DNA of 64,000 bases from a virus (lineage: Duplodnaviria; Caudoviricetes): IMG/VR virus record IMGVR_UViG_3300042691_038938. One strand, 5' to 3'. The notes under the pieces were generated by a model, which saw nothing but the letters and a program-made list of their open reading frames with translations, was not told the origin of the DNA and ran no database searches. A program made the translations under genes and the position numbers. Each line of letters begins with the position of its first letter. Position 1 is the stretch's first letter. Shown one piece after another: positions 16,902 to 26,827 of the stretch.

Positions 16902-18896
16902 TTACTTTTTAGTGTTACGAGTATTGGGTTGGATCGATTTTGGACTAGGCGTACCGAATTTATTGACTATTGACGCTAATCCAGTGCCCTTAACTTGACT
17001 GGCAGAAGCGAGAGTATTCGAAGTGTTCGATCCAGCAAGTTTACCTATTCTGTCCCTTATTCCAGACAATATTTGCTTGATGTCCTTTGAATTGGCCGCG
17101 TCCTTTCTTGCTTGAGCGATTGCGGCATCAACATCGGCCTGCTCGCTGGGTTTTCTCCATTCTCCAGTATACATGAGAGTCTCGCGATCATCTTGAGAAA
17201 CAGAAGTAAGATAGACTGTTCGATTCTTTGATTGTATTATGGCCTCGCTATCCTTCTTAGAAACGTTAAAAGTAACCTGTCCAGTAGATAGGTTTTCTTG
17301 CATAGAATCATTTACGTTATCGATTGAGACCTTTCCAGTAGTCGTCTCAAATACCATTCTATACTTTGGAGCATTAACGTTTAGATCTAGTGGAATCAGA
17401 GTATTACTATCAGTCACATCGCTTGCTGTGTATACCTTTACCTTGATTATGTTATCAAATGGAGAAAAGATGAATCTCAATTTTCCAGGACCAAATACAA
17501 CCTCCTCAGAAGAATCCTTAGTCTTTACTAAAGAACTTTCATTAGAGACTGAAATGTTATTATTTGTAAAGAAGATCGGAACAAATTCAGTTCTAACCAC
17601 CTCAGTTATGACTGGAGTAGTCGGCGCTGCTTGATTAAAAGGATTTGCCTGCCCGATTTGAGGCGGCTCTATGAATAAAGGAGTCGCTTCAAAGTTCTTC
17701 TTAATTATCTTGTTATAGATCTTTTGAGATTGCGGTTTGTCTAATAACGCAAGGTTAAGTAGTTTCTTTCCATATTTCTTAGGAGAGACTAGAGTAAAGG
17801 ATCCTTCTCTAATTATCTGTTCTCCGTTTCTACGATTAGTCAAACGAACTAGATAATCTACGACTAAACTTACTGCTTCGTTCGCGTATTTTAGGACAGG
17901 TCTAAACGTGTTGGGTTCATCAAATGAATCCTCTTGAAAGAATACGAGTCGTGATGTATTGATGAAAGCACTTCCTACTTGCTCAAAAACGTTCAATTGA
18001 TGAATGATGATCCAATCGTCTGACGGGTTTCTACGATTCAGGATGGAAATAAGTTCCTCAGGAAATCCTCCGTTCCATGTCATGTAGAACTCTATGAAAT
18101 CTCCAGTAAGAGACTCGGCTATTGATGTACCGACATTATCGAATTCATTGCTCTGTGAGACGGTTGCTGAATAGAAGTCAGAGATCTCATAAGAATCATA
18201 ATTAGTAGAAGTATTCGTATAAATAACTTTCTTCTTACCACACTCAGCAAGACCAATTGTTATTGGATTATTGTAGATGAATCCAGTTGAACCAATCGCA
18301 TTTGGAGTTATCGCAGCAACGAAAGTGGTGGCTGGGTTTAATGCTGTTTTATAGTCTTCATTTATATTCTTAATCGACGGCACTAAGACATCAACATATC
18401 TATCGTAAAGCGAATTAGAAAGGAATAATGGCCTAGGATTGAATATGATCAATTCAGCAATGGTTTCTGGTGCAAGAAGAATACTAGCAAACAGGCTATT
18501 CTTACCATCATTCTCAGTGTGAGAAATAGTCAATATTAGGGAAACAAAGTTATCAAAGTCAAAGCCAGCAACAAAATGGAAGCGTACCTTATCCATCACA
18601 ACATTGTAACCAGTTAAGGTAGTAGCAGTTAGATTAGAATCATATGCTAAATAGTCTGGTAACTTTTCGCTGTCCAAGTATGCAAAAGTATTGCTTCCTA
18701 TCGGCACGACAGTCAAGTCCTTGATGTTACGTGTCGTGTTATATGAGCCATCATCATTGAATATCTGGTGAGAGTCGGTTAGTGAATTCTCCACTAATAT
18801 GAAATCATCCGTGTAAAAATTACTGGATCCAAGTGGCTCGAACTGATATTCTGCCACACAATATGGAGTTAAACTAACGAATCTACTCTGTGCCAT
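16902..18896 (-). CDS. hypothetical structural protein (beta-rich, baseplate-like)
   Basis: 664-aa ORF in a structural block. Confidence 0.65.
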   Translation of the reverse strand: MAQSRFVSLTPYCVAEYQFEPLGSSNFYTDDFILVENSLTDSHQIFNDDGSYNTTRNIKDLTVVPIGSNTFAYLDSEKLPDYLAYDSNLTATTLTGYNVVMDKVRFHFVAGFDFDNFVSLILTISHTENDGKNSLFASILLAPETIAELIIFNPRPLFLSNSLYDRYVDVLVPSIKNINEDYKTALNPATTFVAAITPNAIGSTGFIYNNPITIGLAECGKKKVIYTNTSTNYDSYEISDFYSATVSQSNEFDNVGTSIAESLTGDFIEFYMTWNGGFPEELISILNRRNPSDDWIIIHQLNVFEQVGSAFINTSRLVFFQEDSFDEPNTFRPVLKYANEAVSLVVDYLVRLTNRRNGEQIIREGSFTLVSPKKYGKKLLNLALLDKPQSQKIYNKIIKKNFEATPLFIEPPQIGQANPFNQAAPTTPVITEVVRTEFVPIFFTNNNISVSNESSLVKTKDSSEEVVFGPGKLRFIFSPFDNIIKVKVYTASDVTDSNTLIPLDLNVNAPKYRMVFETTTGKVSIDNVNDSMQENLSTGQVTFNVSKKDSEAIIQSKNRTVYLTSVSQDDRETLMYTGEWRKPSEQADVDAAIAQARKDAANSKDIKQILSGIRDRIGKLAGSNTSNTLASASQVKGTGLASIVNKFGTPSPKSIQPNTRNTKK

Positions 18897-18901
18897 GCTT
18901 G

Positions 18902-19711
18902 TTATTTTCTTTTAAAGCTTTTAATCTTAAATAGGTAGCCTACGCTCACTTGTTGGAAAGTATTGGCTCCTAGCACTATGTTGTGAGAATTAAATAGATT
19001 CACTCCAAAGTTTATTCCGATTCCGCTAAGTTTTGAGTTTAGTCCATAACTATAAGTTCCACCGACTAGCCATTGTACTTTCTTTTCCTTGACTACTTGA
19101 TATTCTTCTGGAGGAAGGCTTGTTATCTGTAAAGAATCTACTTTCAACCATTCTGGGCCAACTAATCGACTCTTCCAAAGTCCTCGCGACTCCTCAGTAA
19201 GAACTATTTGTATTGGAAGCTTACCGAATGAGAAGGTTCCTCTATATGCAGCAGTGTTCTTATTTACCCATCCGTCCCAAAAAACAAAAGGATCTTTCTC
19301 GTTAGGATACTTTAGAGAGATGTTTAACTTATTAGTATCGACAGGGTCGGTCTGACCAAAGCCTTCCACCACTTTTCTATCAAGTGTGATTATTGCACTA
19401 GTTATGCTAAGCAATTTTTCGTCCTGCTTCTTGATGGTCTGATAAAGTTCCTCATTATCTCCCTTTAACTGTTTCATAAGATCTTTCTCAGTCTTATAAT
19501 AGTCCACTAACTTTGCATATCTTCCCTCAGACTCCTTTAGTAACTTATCTGAAGCGATTATTGATTTCTTTAAGTCATCTGTTTGGTCTTCAATTGATCC
19601 TTGAATCCCTGCCATTCTCCAAGCTAAGAATATGACTATTCCTATTAGAGCGGCAATTAATATCTGCTGAAACCTATTATTTCTGTTATCCATGGTGTTT
19701 GATAATTTCAA
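18902..19711 (-). CDS. N-terminally membrane-anchored coiled-coil protein
   Basis: ILIAALIGIVIFLAW transmembrane segment, coiled coil, then a beta-rich C-terminus ending in alternating residues. Confidence 0.7.
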   Translation of the reverse strand: MKLSNTMDNRNNRFQQILIAALIGIVIFLAWRMAGIQGSIEDQTDDLKKSIIASDKLLKESEGRYAKLVDYYKTEKDLMKQLKGDNEELYQTIKKQDEKLLSITSAIITLDRKVVEGFGQTDPVDTNKLNISLKYPNEKDPFVFWDGWVNKNTAAYRGTFSFGKLPIQIVLTEESRGLWKSRLVGPEWLKVDSLQITSLPPEEYQVVKEKKVQWLVGGTYSYGLNSKLSGIGINFGVNLFNSHNIVLGANTFQQVSVGYLFKIKSFKRK

Positions 19712-19922
19712 GAAGGTCGTCGGCTGTTAACTTTATGCCGTGCTCTTCTTCTATTTTATTTATTAACGAAATCTCCCTTTCTCGGTTTTGATCAAGTATC
19801 TCCTTAATGTTTTTTCTTTCAGACTCTAAACGATTTGCTTCTTGCTCAATGCGTTTATATTCCTCATGTAGCTCAATATACTTTGAGTATATCGATTTTA
19901 TCTCCAATATCTCTTTTTCCAT
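19686..19922 (-). CDS. small coiled-coil protein
   Basis: 78 aa; overlaps both neighbours. Confidence 0.65.
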   Translation of the reverse strand: MEKEILEIKSIYSKYIELHEEYKRIEQEANRLESERKNIKEILDQNREREISLINKIEEEHGIKLTADDLLEIIKHHG

Positions 19923-21673
19923 TAGTATTGTTTTATGGTTACTTCTAATCCATTCATGAGCACATGCTCTATTCTTCTTAATCTTTCTTCCATCTCACCA
20001 GTATTAAAGACTCCAGGCTGACCTCCGACTTGAGTCTGAGGAAGATCAGTAGTCATTTGAGCAGGTTGATACGAGGTTGTCGGCGTAGTGTTCTGCACAG
20101 TTTGAGAAGAAGTGGATCCTTCTTGAGTAGTTTGAGCTGAAACATTAGTAGACGTCTGATCTCCTCCTTGATTCTGAGTAAGGTTAGTCGTGTTAGAGAC
20201 AGCAGTCGGAACGACAGCCGGCGTGGATTTTTCAATGGTCTCAGTCTTAACGGTTGCAGTCGAAGTTGATGGAGACGTCTCTAAAATCTTTTCTTTCTCC
20301 TTACTTGAAAGCATTTCTTTGGTTTGATTCATCACCTCCAATGCTTTATTAGTCTTGGTCGACTCTTTGAATGCTTGAACAGACTCTTTGGAAGATTCCT
20401 TAAGTTGATTTATCAAGTTTGGTCCAGTCTTTACTTTTTCAAAGTCTGGAAGCTTTCCTAATACTTCGGACTTTGTGACTTTAGCAAAATCCTTAGCTGC
20501 TTCCTTCAGTCCAGGAAGATTTAAACTTTGGCCTAATTTAGATTCAGTAATCTTTTCCATGAACTTGGAAAAGCCTCCTTTCTTCACCTTAGTCTCATTT
20601 ACAGTGGACTTTTCTGATTCGGTCTTTAGGATCTTTTCAGAAGTTGAAGTAGAGGTAGGTGCCTCAACTGGAGCAGCAGGAGTAGCTGCGGGCTGAGTCT
20701 GATTAATGATAGTCGAGGATTCAGGAGAAGTAACATTTACCGGAGTCGGCTCCATTTGAACATTTAAAATGTTTTCACCTGCTACAGGAGCTGGAGGTGG
20801 AGTCTCTGAGGTTACCTCAGCCTGTGCTGACGATGTTGTTGGAGAGGCAGCTGACACGTCAGACTTAGTCTCACCGCCGGTCGTTGCTGGGTTTATTGCG
20901 CTTGCTTCGCCAGTCGGTTTTTCTTTCTTCTCTTCAGACACATTTATTGAAGAGCTAGCTGTTTTTTCTCCAGCGGTAGTAGGAGTTGTAGCGTTTAGAG
21001 GAGATTTGCCAGCATCGGAAGTTTTTTCTTCTGACTCTTTGAATGGCGCTTCACTCGTCAAGTTCATTTGAACATACTCAAAGATGTCTCGCTTGGAAAG
21101 GTCATCATCGTTTCCTTCAAGAGAATAACCAAAGCTTTTGATGTACCTAAGATCTATTATTTTTCGAAGAGTCATGGCAAGATCTACAGGATTTCCAAAC
21201 GTTCCTTCTAAGCTCGTCCCCTTAGCCTTTCCTCTGGATTCTTCTGCCTCATCATCTTCAGTCTCAATTATCTTATCAAGCTGATCGAGAGTCATTTCAA
21301 TTGGCGCAAGCTGCTCTTCTGCAAATCCTTCAAATTTTGGGTTATAATCTGGCCTAAATAGTTGCCATAGATCTGCGCGTAGTCCTGCAGGATCTCTTTG
21401 ATTACGTTGAATAACATCAGAGTATTCACTCGCCACTTCACCCATTAGGCTAGTAATGTCATCCTCTTTACTCAAATCATATTTAAGTATCGTTTCAGGA
21501 TACTTAACCATTAAGAAAGCATCGACTAACCCAAATCTATTGAGAGCTTTACGATAACTTTCATAATGAATCAAGTTATTAGAATCATATGAAATTTTTG
21601 CGTTTGCAAATACTATATCACGAATCCTAGCAAACTCAGCAGGTCTCTCTGAGTCTTTAATCTTCTTACCCAA
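19922..21673 (-). CDS. S/T/P/A-rich low-complexity virion protein, possibly hub or tail-length protein (TTG start)
   Basis: 583 aa, downstream of gp26-like and gp51-like genes; long low-complexity middle. Confidence 0.5.
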   Translation of the reverse strand: MGKKIKDSERPAEFARIRDIVFANAKISYDSNNLIHYESYRKALNRFGLVDAFLMVKYPETILKYDLSKEDDITSLMGEVASEYSDVIQRNQRDPAGLRADLWQLFRPDYNPKFEGFAEEQLAPIEMTLDQLDKIIETEDDEAEESRGKAKGTSLEGTFGNPVDLAMTLRKIIDLRYIKSFGYSLEGNDDDLSKRDIFEYVQMNLTSEAPFKESEEKTSDAGKSPLNATTPTTAGEKTASSSINVSEEKKEKPTGEASAINPATTGGETKSDVSAASPTTSSAQAEVTSETPPPAPVAGENILNVQMEPTPVNVTSPESSTIINQTQPAATPAAPVEAPTSTSTSEKILKTESEKSTVNETKVKKGGFSKFMEKITESKLGQSLNLPGLKEAAKDFAKVTKSEVLGKLPDFEKVKTGPNLINQLKESSKESVQAFKESTKTNKALEVMNQTKEMLSSKEKEKILETSPSTSTATVKTETIEKSTPAVVPTAVSNTTNLTQNQGGDQTSTNVSAQTTQEGSTSSQTVQNTTPTTSYQPAQMTTDLPQTQVGGQPGVFNTGEMEERLRRIEHVLMNGLEVTIKQY

Positions 21674-21692
21674 TTGAGTCGATTATTTTTAT

Positions 21693-21700
21693 TATTTATT
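21693..21700 (-). promoter_or_regulatory. late promoter-like AATAAATA
   Basis: 20 nt upstream of the 21673 start; overlaps the upstream stop. Confidence 0.5.
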
Positions 21701-21908
21701 TTAATCTCAAGTGTTCCGGAAGGTTGACTCTTACTGGAGGAGCAGACTCCGGTACTGAGAACAAATCATTCTCTTCGTTCTTTGCCTCAGTCTCAGCATT
21801 AACGATGTTTAATAGTAAGGAATATTCAGCATATTCCAAGTTGTAAAGAGTCTCGAAGGATTGACCAAGCTTCACCGCCATGTCCTTATTGAGCTTAAAT
21901 AAGCTCAT
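21696..21908 (-). CDS. T4 gp51-like hub assembly or tail chaperone partner
   Basis: Small helical ORF (KLGQSFETLYNLEYAEY) after the gp26-like gene; probable ATG at 21908, though the frame is open from 21998. Confidence 0.45.
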   Translation of the reverse strand: MSLFKLNKDMAVKLGQSFETLYNLEYAEYSLLLNIVNAETEAKNEENDLFSVPESAPPVRVNLPEHLRLK

Positions 21909-22893
21909 CAAGTCCAGCTGAAACAATGAAAAAATCTTTGACAGTGAAGCTTCCCTCCAAAAAAATGTGGCTCTCCGTGACTTGCTTACACTTTTCACAA
22001 AGAGAAGCCGCTCGATTTAAACTTGCCTTCTTCAACTCATTAGTAAACTTGTGAATGAACATGAACTTGTTGTCTGCCCATGCATTGGAAGAGAATTTAA
22101 GATCAGTCAAGGTTTGAGGAGTAAGAGTCCTCCACTCTTGGATCAAATACGGTCCAAAGTCATAGAAGGATTCATCGACTTCAATTCCTCTAGTAAGCTC
22201 GTCGGCTCTCTTTTGTCTGAATTTTGAGTCTACTCCAATTGTCGGCATGTGAATAGTAAAAGTCTCATTAAGTTTTTCAGACACGATCACAAAGCATCGG
22301 TGTTCTTCTGAATACCATTTGATTAGCTCTTGAGGTAATTCAAATCCCTTTAAGTTCATGCTTAGTACTTGAGTTCGATTGATGTGTCCACACGTAGGTT
22401 TGTCGCACTTGATGTTCGCCCACAATTTATTTTCCTGGTTCGGAAAAGTTAATTCGTATATTCTAAATAGGATATGGTACCTGTCAATTTCAAGAAAGTC
22501 ATTGAAGTTTAAAGGCCTCCCAGACTTATTATGGAATTTTGTACATGAGTTAAGGATAAAATTGATCTTATCTCGAACGTCGATTGGATCGTCCTCATCA
22601 ATGGTCGACCAGTGTCTGATTTCCTTGGTTTTAGCAGATCTTAGTAGGATCTCAGCCTCAGCTGGATAAAAAATTCCCTTAGAAGGAAGAGTCTCCAGCC
22701 TTAACATCTTCCAGGTGGAATCACCGGCTGGCGATATTTCTATCTCATTAGCATAATTTGCAACCTTTCCCAAGTTAGGAGGTTCAGGTTTACTTACCTC
22801 TTCTTTTTCTTCAACTATTGTGTTTACTCCATGAAGCCTATCCTGTTCATCCAAGAATCTTGCAGCTTCTTCCTCATCTATGATTTCTGACAT
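21895..22893 (-). CDS. T4 gp26-like baseplate hub assembly chaperone
   Basis: TLPSKGIFYP..LRSAKTKE..ILNSC..LEIDRYHILFRIYELT, with two CxxC pairs (CDKPTC, CEKC). Confidence 0.65.
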   Translation of the reverse strand: MSEIIDEEEAARFLDEQDRLHGVNTIVEEKEEVSKPEPPNLGKVANYANEIEISPAGDSTWKMLRLETLPSKGIFYPAEAEILLRSAKTKEIRHWSTIDEDDPIDVRDKINFILNSCTKFHNKSGRPLNFNDFLEIDRYHILFRIYELTFPNQENKLWANIKCDKPTCGHINRTQVLSMNLKGFELPQELIKWYSEEHRCFVIVSEKLNETFTIHMPTIGVDSKFRQKRADELTRGIEVDESFYDFGPYLIQEWRTLTPQTLTDLKFSSNAWADNKFMFIHKFTNELKKASLNRAASLCEKCKQVTESHIFLEGSFTVKDFFIVSAGLDELI

Positions 22894-22956
22894 AATGACG
22901 CTTTTTTATCTTATATACAAAAAAGAATCAATGGTTCTAATTATGGTGTCTTTGCT

Positions 22957-23421
22957 TTAAGAATTTATGAAACGTGAGAATGATGAGGCACGGTGGCTTG
23001 CTCTTTCGTAGATTCTCTCAATGGTGTCTACATATACTTCAACTATCTCAAAGTTCTTGGGATTTCTAACCCAACAACGAATGGTTCCATTTGAATAGTT
23101 CGGAAGAATCTTAACGATCTTTCCTATCATGACTCTTCCCTTTTCTGAGCCTATTTGAGAGTTAACAATGATTCCTCTGACTCTGTCGCCAGGCCTAAAG
23201 AACATACGAAGCTTGCTCATCTCATCATCCAAAGGACTATTTCCAGGATCTCCTTTCACTGACATGTCAGTCAAGGGCACCTGCTTTACTGAGATTCCTG
23301 GAGTAAACTGACTCTTGCCTACTGTGAAATTAAAGTCGCCCTTTGTTCCATAGAAAGGTAGACCGTTTGCAAAGTCACGGCGAGCCATTGCTCCAAACAT
23401 ATCTTCGTTTATCTTCTGCAT
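22957..23421 (-). CDS. hypothetical protein with SH3/KOW-like beta region
   Basis: Probable ATG at 23421 (TAATG overlap); FRPGDRVRG..GKIVKI. Confidence 0.6.
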   Translation of the reverse strand: MQKINEDMFGAMARRDFANGLPFYGTKGDFNFTVGKSQFTPGISVKQVPLTDMSVKGDPGNSPLDDEMSKLRMFFRPGDRVRGIIVNSQIGSEKGRVMIGKIVKILPNYSNGTIRCWVRNPKNFEIVEVYVDTIERIYERASHRASSFSRFINS

Positions 23422-23840
23422 TACCAAGCGATAGGAATGACTCTCTTTTTATATCCAACAATTGTGTAATCTCCTTCTTCTACGACCTCATCACCGTTTA
23501 CATCACAGAATATGAATTTTTGAAGATATACTTCGATTGTTGTTCTCCAAGGAGCAGTGGTATCTGAAAAATAAGTGATAGGATAGATTGGAGCATCATT
23601 ATCTAAGTTATCTACTCCCCAGATCTTGATGTAATTTGCTGCTACTCCAGAAAGGTCTACGAATTCTACTTTGAACACTGGTCCTCTGGCGAATCCATGT
23701 TGAGTGGTGTCACCGATCTGCCAGTAACCTACTGTTGTTCTTTCAGTTGAAGGTCTTCTTCTATCCGCACTAACAAAGGTTGGTGAGTAATTTTCTCCAG
23801 CAATTAGGTTAATCAATTCAGTTCCGCTATTGATCATCAT
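23421..23840 (-). CDS. hypothetical protein
   Basis: 139-aa ORF in the late operon. Confidence 0.7.
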   Translation of the reverse strand: MMINSGTELINLIAGENYSPTFVSADRRRPSTERTTVGYWQIGDTTQHGFARGPVFKVEFVDLSGVAANYIKIWGVDNLDNDAPIYPITYFSDTTAPWRTTIEVYLQKFIFCDVNGDEVVEEGDYTIVGYKKRVIPIAW

Positions 23841-23851
23841 CTTTTAGTTTT

Positions 23852-24388
23852 TTATATTGCGTTTCCAAATAGCACTAGAGCGCTCACTCTAACTGAGTAG
23901 TTAGGATTCGGATTGGACAATTCTATTTTATTTATTAGGTGAGAGGGCTCATTGGATTTAGGATTAGTGAACATTGAGAAGAATGTATACAATGGATAGT
24001 CAGTATAATTCAATCCATCAAATGTCTCAATAGTAAGAGTCACATTCTTATCCTGAATCAAGATCTCCTCTGAGTTATTATCCTTTGCTGGATAGGTGAC
24101 TTTAAGAAGTATCCCTCTAGCATATGCCTTACCGCTTTCCAAGTTAGTAAGAGGAGACATCATCATTAAGTTATTATCAAATAATGTGGTCAACCCACCG
24201 TCTGCCATTAGAGTGACTCCAACACAAGAATAGCCGTCTACTGGAAACGCAAAATCATTTAAGCAAAACTCACCATGTACGTCCTTTCCCTCAGCAATGC
24301 CAAAACATTTGTTATCAAATAACTGAAGTATTGCTTGGCTGCCGTGTCCTCCACAGCAATCACAAACATCGTTTAAGTTAGGAATCAT
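23852..24388 (-). CDS. hypothetical structural protein
   Basis: 178 aa, beta-rich, CDCC N-terminus; AATAAATA at 24406..24413. Confidence 0.7.
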   Translation of the reverse strand: MIPNLNDVCDCCGGHGSQAILQLFDNKCFGIAEGKDVHGEFCLNDFAFPVDGYSCVGVTLMADGGLTTLFDNNLMMMSPLTNLESGKAYARGILLKVTYPAKDNNSEEILIQDKNVTLTIETFDGLNYTDYPLYTFFSMFTNPKSNEPSHLINKIELSNPNPNYSVRVSALVLFGNAI

Positions 24389-24412
24389 TGGATTTCGCTT
24401 TTTTTTATTTAT

Positions 24413-25075
24413 TTACGAAAATCTGAGTCTTCTCCTAGCCTTTGCGTTTAAGTTGTTAGAATTGGTTGTAGATTTAGTATTTTTAGCATCAGCCGTCTTA
24501 TTGGAGTCAGCTTTAGTCTCTTCAACTATTTGAGAGTCTTCAACGAGTTCAGGCTCTATTTCTGAAATTGGATCATCTTCTGGCTCAATTACATCATTCG
24601 GAGTTTCGTCCAAATCTCCATATTTAATAAAGAAGTGTAGACACGTAAGGGATATTAGAGGTAAAAGTCCTCCTTCCAAAACCGCTAAGAATCTTCTCTG
24701 AGAGACAGTGTCTGCCGTATCGAATCCCATTCCATCAAAGAGAGGAAGAGTTAACTCAGCCCAATCCTTGAATTCTTTAGAGCTCACATCGATCTCAGAA
24801 TAACTAAAGAATATGTTTCCGATGAATTGTATCAAAGTCACGATGATGAACACGAACCAAACGGAGAATCCTTTTACTTTTACTGAGGACGCTGCGATCG
24901 CGGACATTGCAGCGATTTCTACAGCAATTGAAAGATATACTGCCCAGCTAATTGGATTCGCCAAGTCATACCACGATACTACGTGAGATATTGAAATGAT
25001 CGCAACTGATAGTATAGGAACAAGAAAAGCCAATCGAATGATTAGCCTCTTGTTTTCGTTGAACCAATTAGTCAT
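24413..25075 (-). CDS. multi-pass membrane protein
   Basis: Four hydrophobic segments and a charged C-terminal tail. Confidence 0.8.
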   Translation of the reverse strand: MTNWFNENKRLIIRLAFLVPILSVAIISISHVVSWYDLANPISWAVYLSIAVEIAAMSAIAASSVKVKGFSVWFVFIIVTLIQFIGNIFFSYSEIDVSSKEFKDWAELTLPLFDGMGFDTADTVSQRRFLAVLEGGLLPLISLTCLHFFIKYGDLDETPNDVIEPEDDPISEIEPELVEDSQIVEETKADSNKTADAKNTKSTTNSNNLNAKARRRLRFS

Positions 25076-25370
25076 TAGATTCTATCTTATTTTTAATGTC
25101 ACTAAGACTGCTCTTTCCCTTGTCTAAGTCGTCCTCATAGATTAGATAATTGAACATGGTTCTCTCCATCTCGTCTCTTACTTGTTTAGTTGTAGCGTTC
25201 TCTTCCACTCTTGTTTCAAGGGACTTGATTCTTTTTTCTAGAGCTCGAGTGTCTTCTTGAATGTTTGCAATCTTATTAGATGTGCAGCTCTTAGCTAAAT
25301 AAAGCAATAGAAAGAGGGCAGTACTTAACTTCCAACCTTCCTTCTTTAAAAAATCTGTAAACTTCTTCAT
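25068..25370 (-). CDS. probable lipoprotein with coiled coil
   Basis: LFLLLYLAKS|C lipobox-like site, heptad region; GATAAATA at 25379..25386. Confidence 0.65.
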   Translation of the reverse strand: MKKFTDFLKKEGWKLSTALFLLLYLAKSCTSNKIANIQEDTRALEKRIKSLETRVEENATTKQVRDEMERTMFNYLIYEDDLDKGKSSLSDIKNKIESND

Positions 25371-25381
25371 AACTCTATTAT

Positions 25382-25846
25382 TTATCTTACTAGTAAATAT
25401 CCGAGGCTCGCAGTCGCTACAAGAAGGCTTGCCAGGTAAGCAATCGAATATCTTAAGTCCTTTTTACTGTACTTGGAAAAATTGAATCCTATCTGCAAAA
25501 CGTATCCATAAAAGTCATCGTTCTTTATTCTCTCATATTCTACAGTTATAGAATCCAGGATGCCCTCCTTTGTGAGAAAGTCATTATAGCGATTCATTTT
25601 CTCAGAAATAAGTTTTAGCTCTACTGATTCTTGTGAACCCTCCGAATAGAGTAACAGTTCAGGGTTTAAGTCTATTCCCAAATACAAGTTAGCGTCTGAA
25701 TCAGCTTTGAAACCTATCTGGTCAAGCTTTCCCGCTTCATTGAGCTCAAAGATTATCTTTTTGTAGGTCTTATACTTTGAGAGCTCATTCAAGTTTGCTC
25801 TCATCTTCCTGTATGCGAATATTGGAGATAAGTAATTTAGATTCAT
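25382..25846 (-). CDS. C-terminally anchored membrane protein
   Basis: [19 protein letters not shown] at the C-terminus. Confidence 0.7.
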   Translation of the reverse strand: MNLNYLSPIFAYRKMRANLNELSKYKTYKKIIFELNEAGKLDQIGFKADSDANLYLGIDLNPELLLYSEGSQESVELKLISEKMNRYNDFLTKEGILDSITVEYERIKNDDFYGYVLQIGFNFSKYSKKDLRYSIAYLASLLVATASLGYLLVR

Positions 25847-26469
25847 AACATCGATTTTATTTTTTCGACTAGGTGAGGATTCTTTTGAATCACTGAATTT
25901 TTTATGTCAAGTCTTATCTTTCTAAGTTTTGTCTTGACTGTATTTTCGTTGATCTCATAGTCGATTGCGATCTGTCTGACCTTCTTATTCTTGATCATCT
26001 TATCGATAGCAATGTTTTTTAGGAGAGGATCCTCTATGAGATAGATCTCATCAACCGTTGTGTTATAGAGATCATCAATGTCGGTGTGAGAGTGGTTCGG
26101 ATCAAGGAAGTCATCTTCGCGATCGACTTTAGCGTACATAACGTCGATATCATAGTGGCTGTGCTTTTTCTGAAGATGTAGGTAATATAGGGTCTCGTTT
26201 CTAGCGATGGTGTAGATCCAAGTGGTAAATCTACCCTTTTCAAAGTCAAACTGTGCTATGTTCTTAAAGATCTTTTTGAGGGTCCACTGTAGTGCCTCCT
26301 CAGTATCGATCTCGTTCTTACAGAACTTCCAGATATAATACTTTAATTTTGGATAAATTAGCGTCGCAAGCTCATTACGTTCTCTTTCTGAGTTTTCTTT
26401 AGTTAATAAAATTTGCGATATTTCTTGAATTCTTTCATTGATTTTGTTGTTGGTTGACTCGTATTTCAT
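25843..26469 (-). CDS. sigma-70 family (ECF-like) RNA polymerase sigma factor
   Basis: Region 2: [35 protein letters not shown]. Region 4 HTH: [23 protein letters not shown]. Confidence 0.88.
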   Translation of the reverse strand: MKYESTNNKINERIQEISQILLTKENSERERNELATLIYPKLKYYIWKFCKNEIDTEEALQWTLKKIFKNIAQFDFEKGRFTTWIYTIARNETLYYLHLQKKHSHYDIDVMYAKVDREDDFLDPNHSHTDIDDLYNTTVDEIYLIEDPLLKNIAIDKMIKNKKVRQIAIDYEINENTVKTKLRKIRLDIKNSVIQKNPHLVEKIKSML

Positions 26470-26473
26470 AATT

Positions 26474-26782
26474 TTAGTTTACTTCCATGTGTTTATTTTT
26501 TAGGGCGTTGATTATCTTTAAACATTCAGCGCATTTTTCATACTCTTCGCAGGATTCATAAAAAGTGATCGCGCCTTCTAAACCGGTGATGAACTTGTCC
26601 CGAGAAAGGTTGATCGTATATTCTGTTTCGTTTATAGAGATCCTTACAACCGTCACCTCGTTCTTTGTTTTGTCCAAATAGTGTTCCCTAATGGATTTAA
26701 ACAAGTTGTCGTAAATCTCGATCTGATGGCGTTTGAAGACTTCATCAAGTCCTATGTCGCCTTGAAATTTTAGCATGTTCAT
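26474..26782 (-). CDS. hypothetical protein with UVR-like C-terminal helix pair
   Basis: [17 protein letters not shown]. Confidence 0.65.
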   Translation of the reverse strand: MNMLKFQGDIGLDEVFKRHQIEIYDNLFKSIREHYLDKTKNEVTVVRISINETEYTINLSRDKFITGLEGAITFYESCEEYEKCAECLKIINALKNKHMEVN

Positions 26783-26827
26783 AATGTAATATTAAATAAT
26801 TTGCTCAAACAAATAATACTAAAAAAA

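Noticed and set aside
21930-21975. Classical -1 frameshift at T TTT TTG or T TTT TTC in the gp26-like gene
   Set aside because: The -1 frame reaches TGA within a few codons and does not join the downstream ORF.
25068-25370. MKKFTDFLKKE as another capsid-targeting tag
   Set aside because: It is the positively charged start of a lipoprotein signal peptide, which is incompatible with head packaging.
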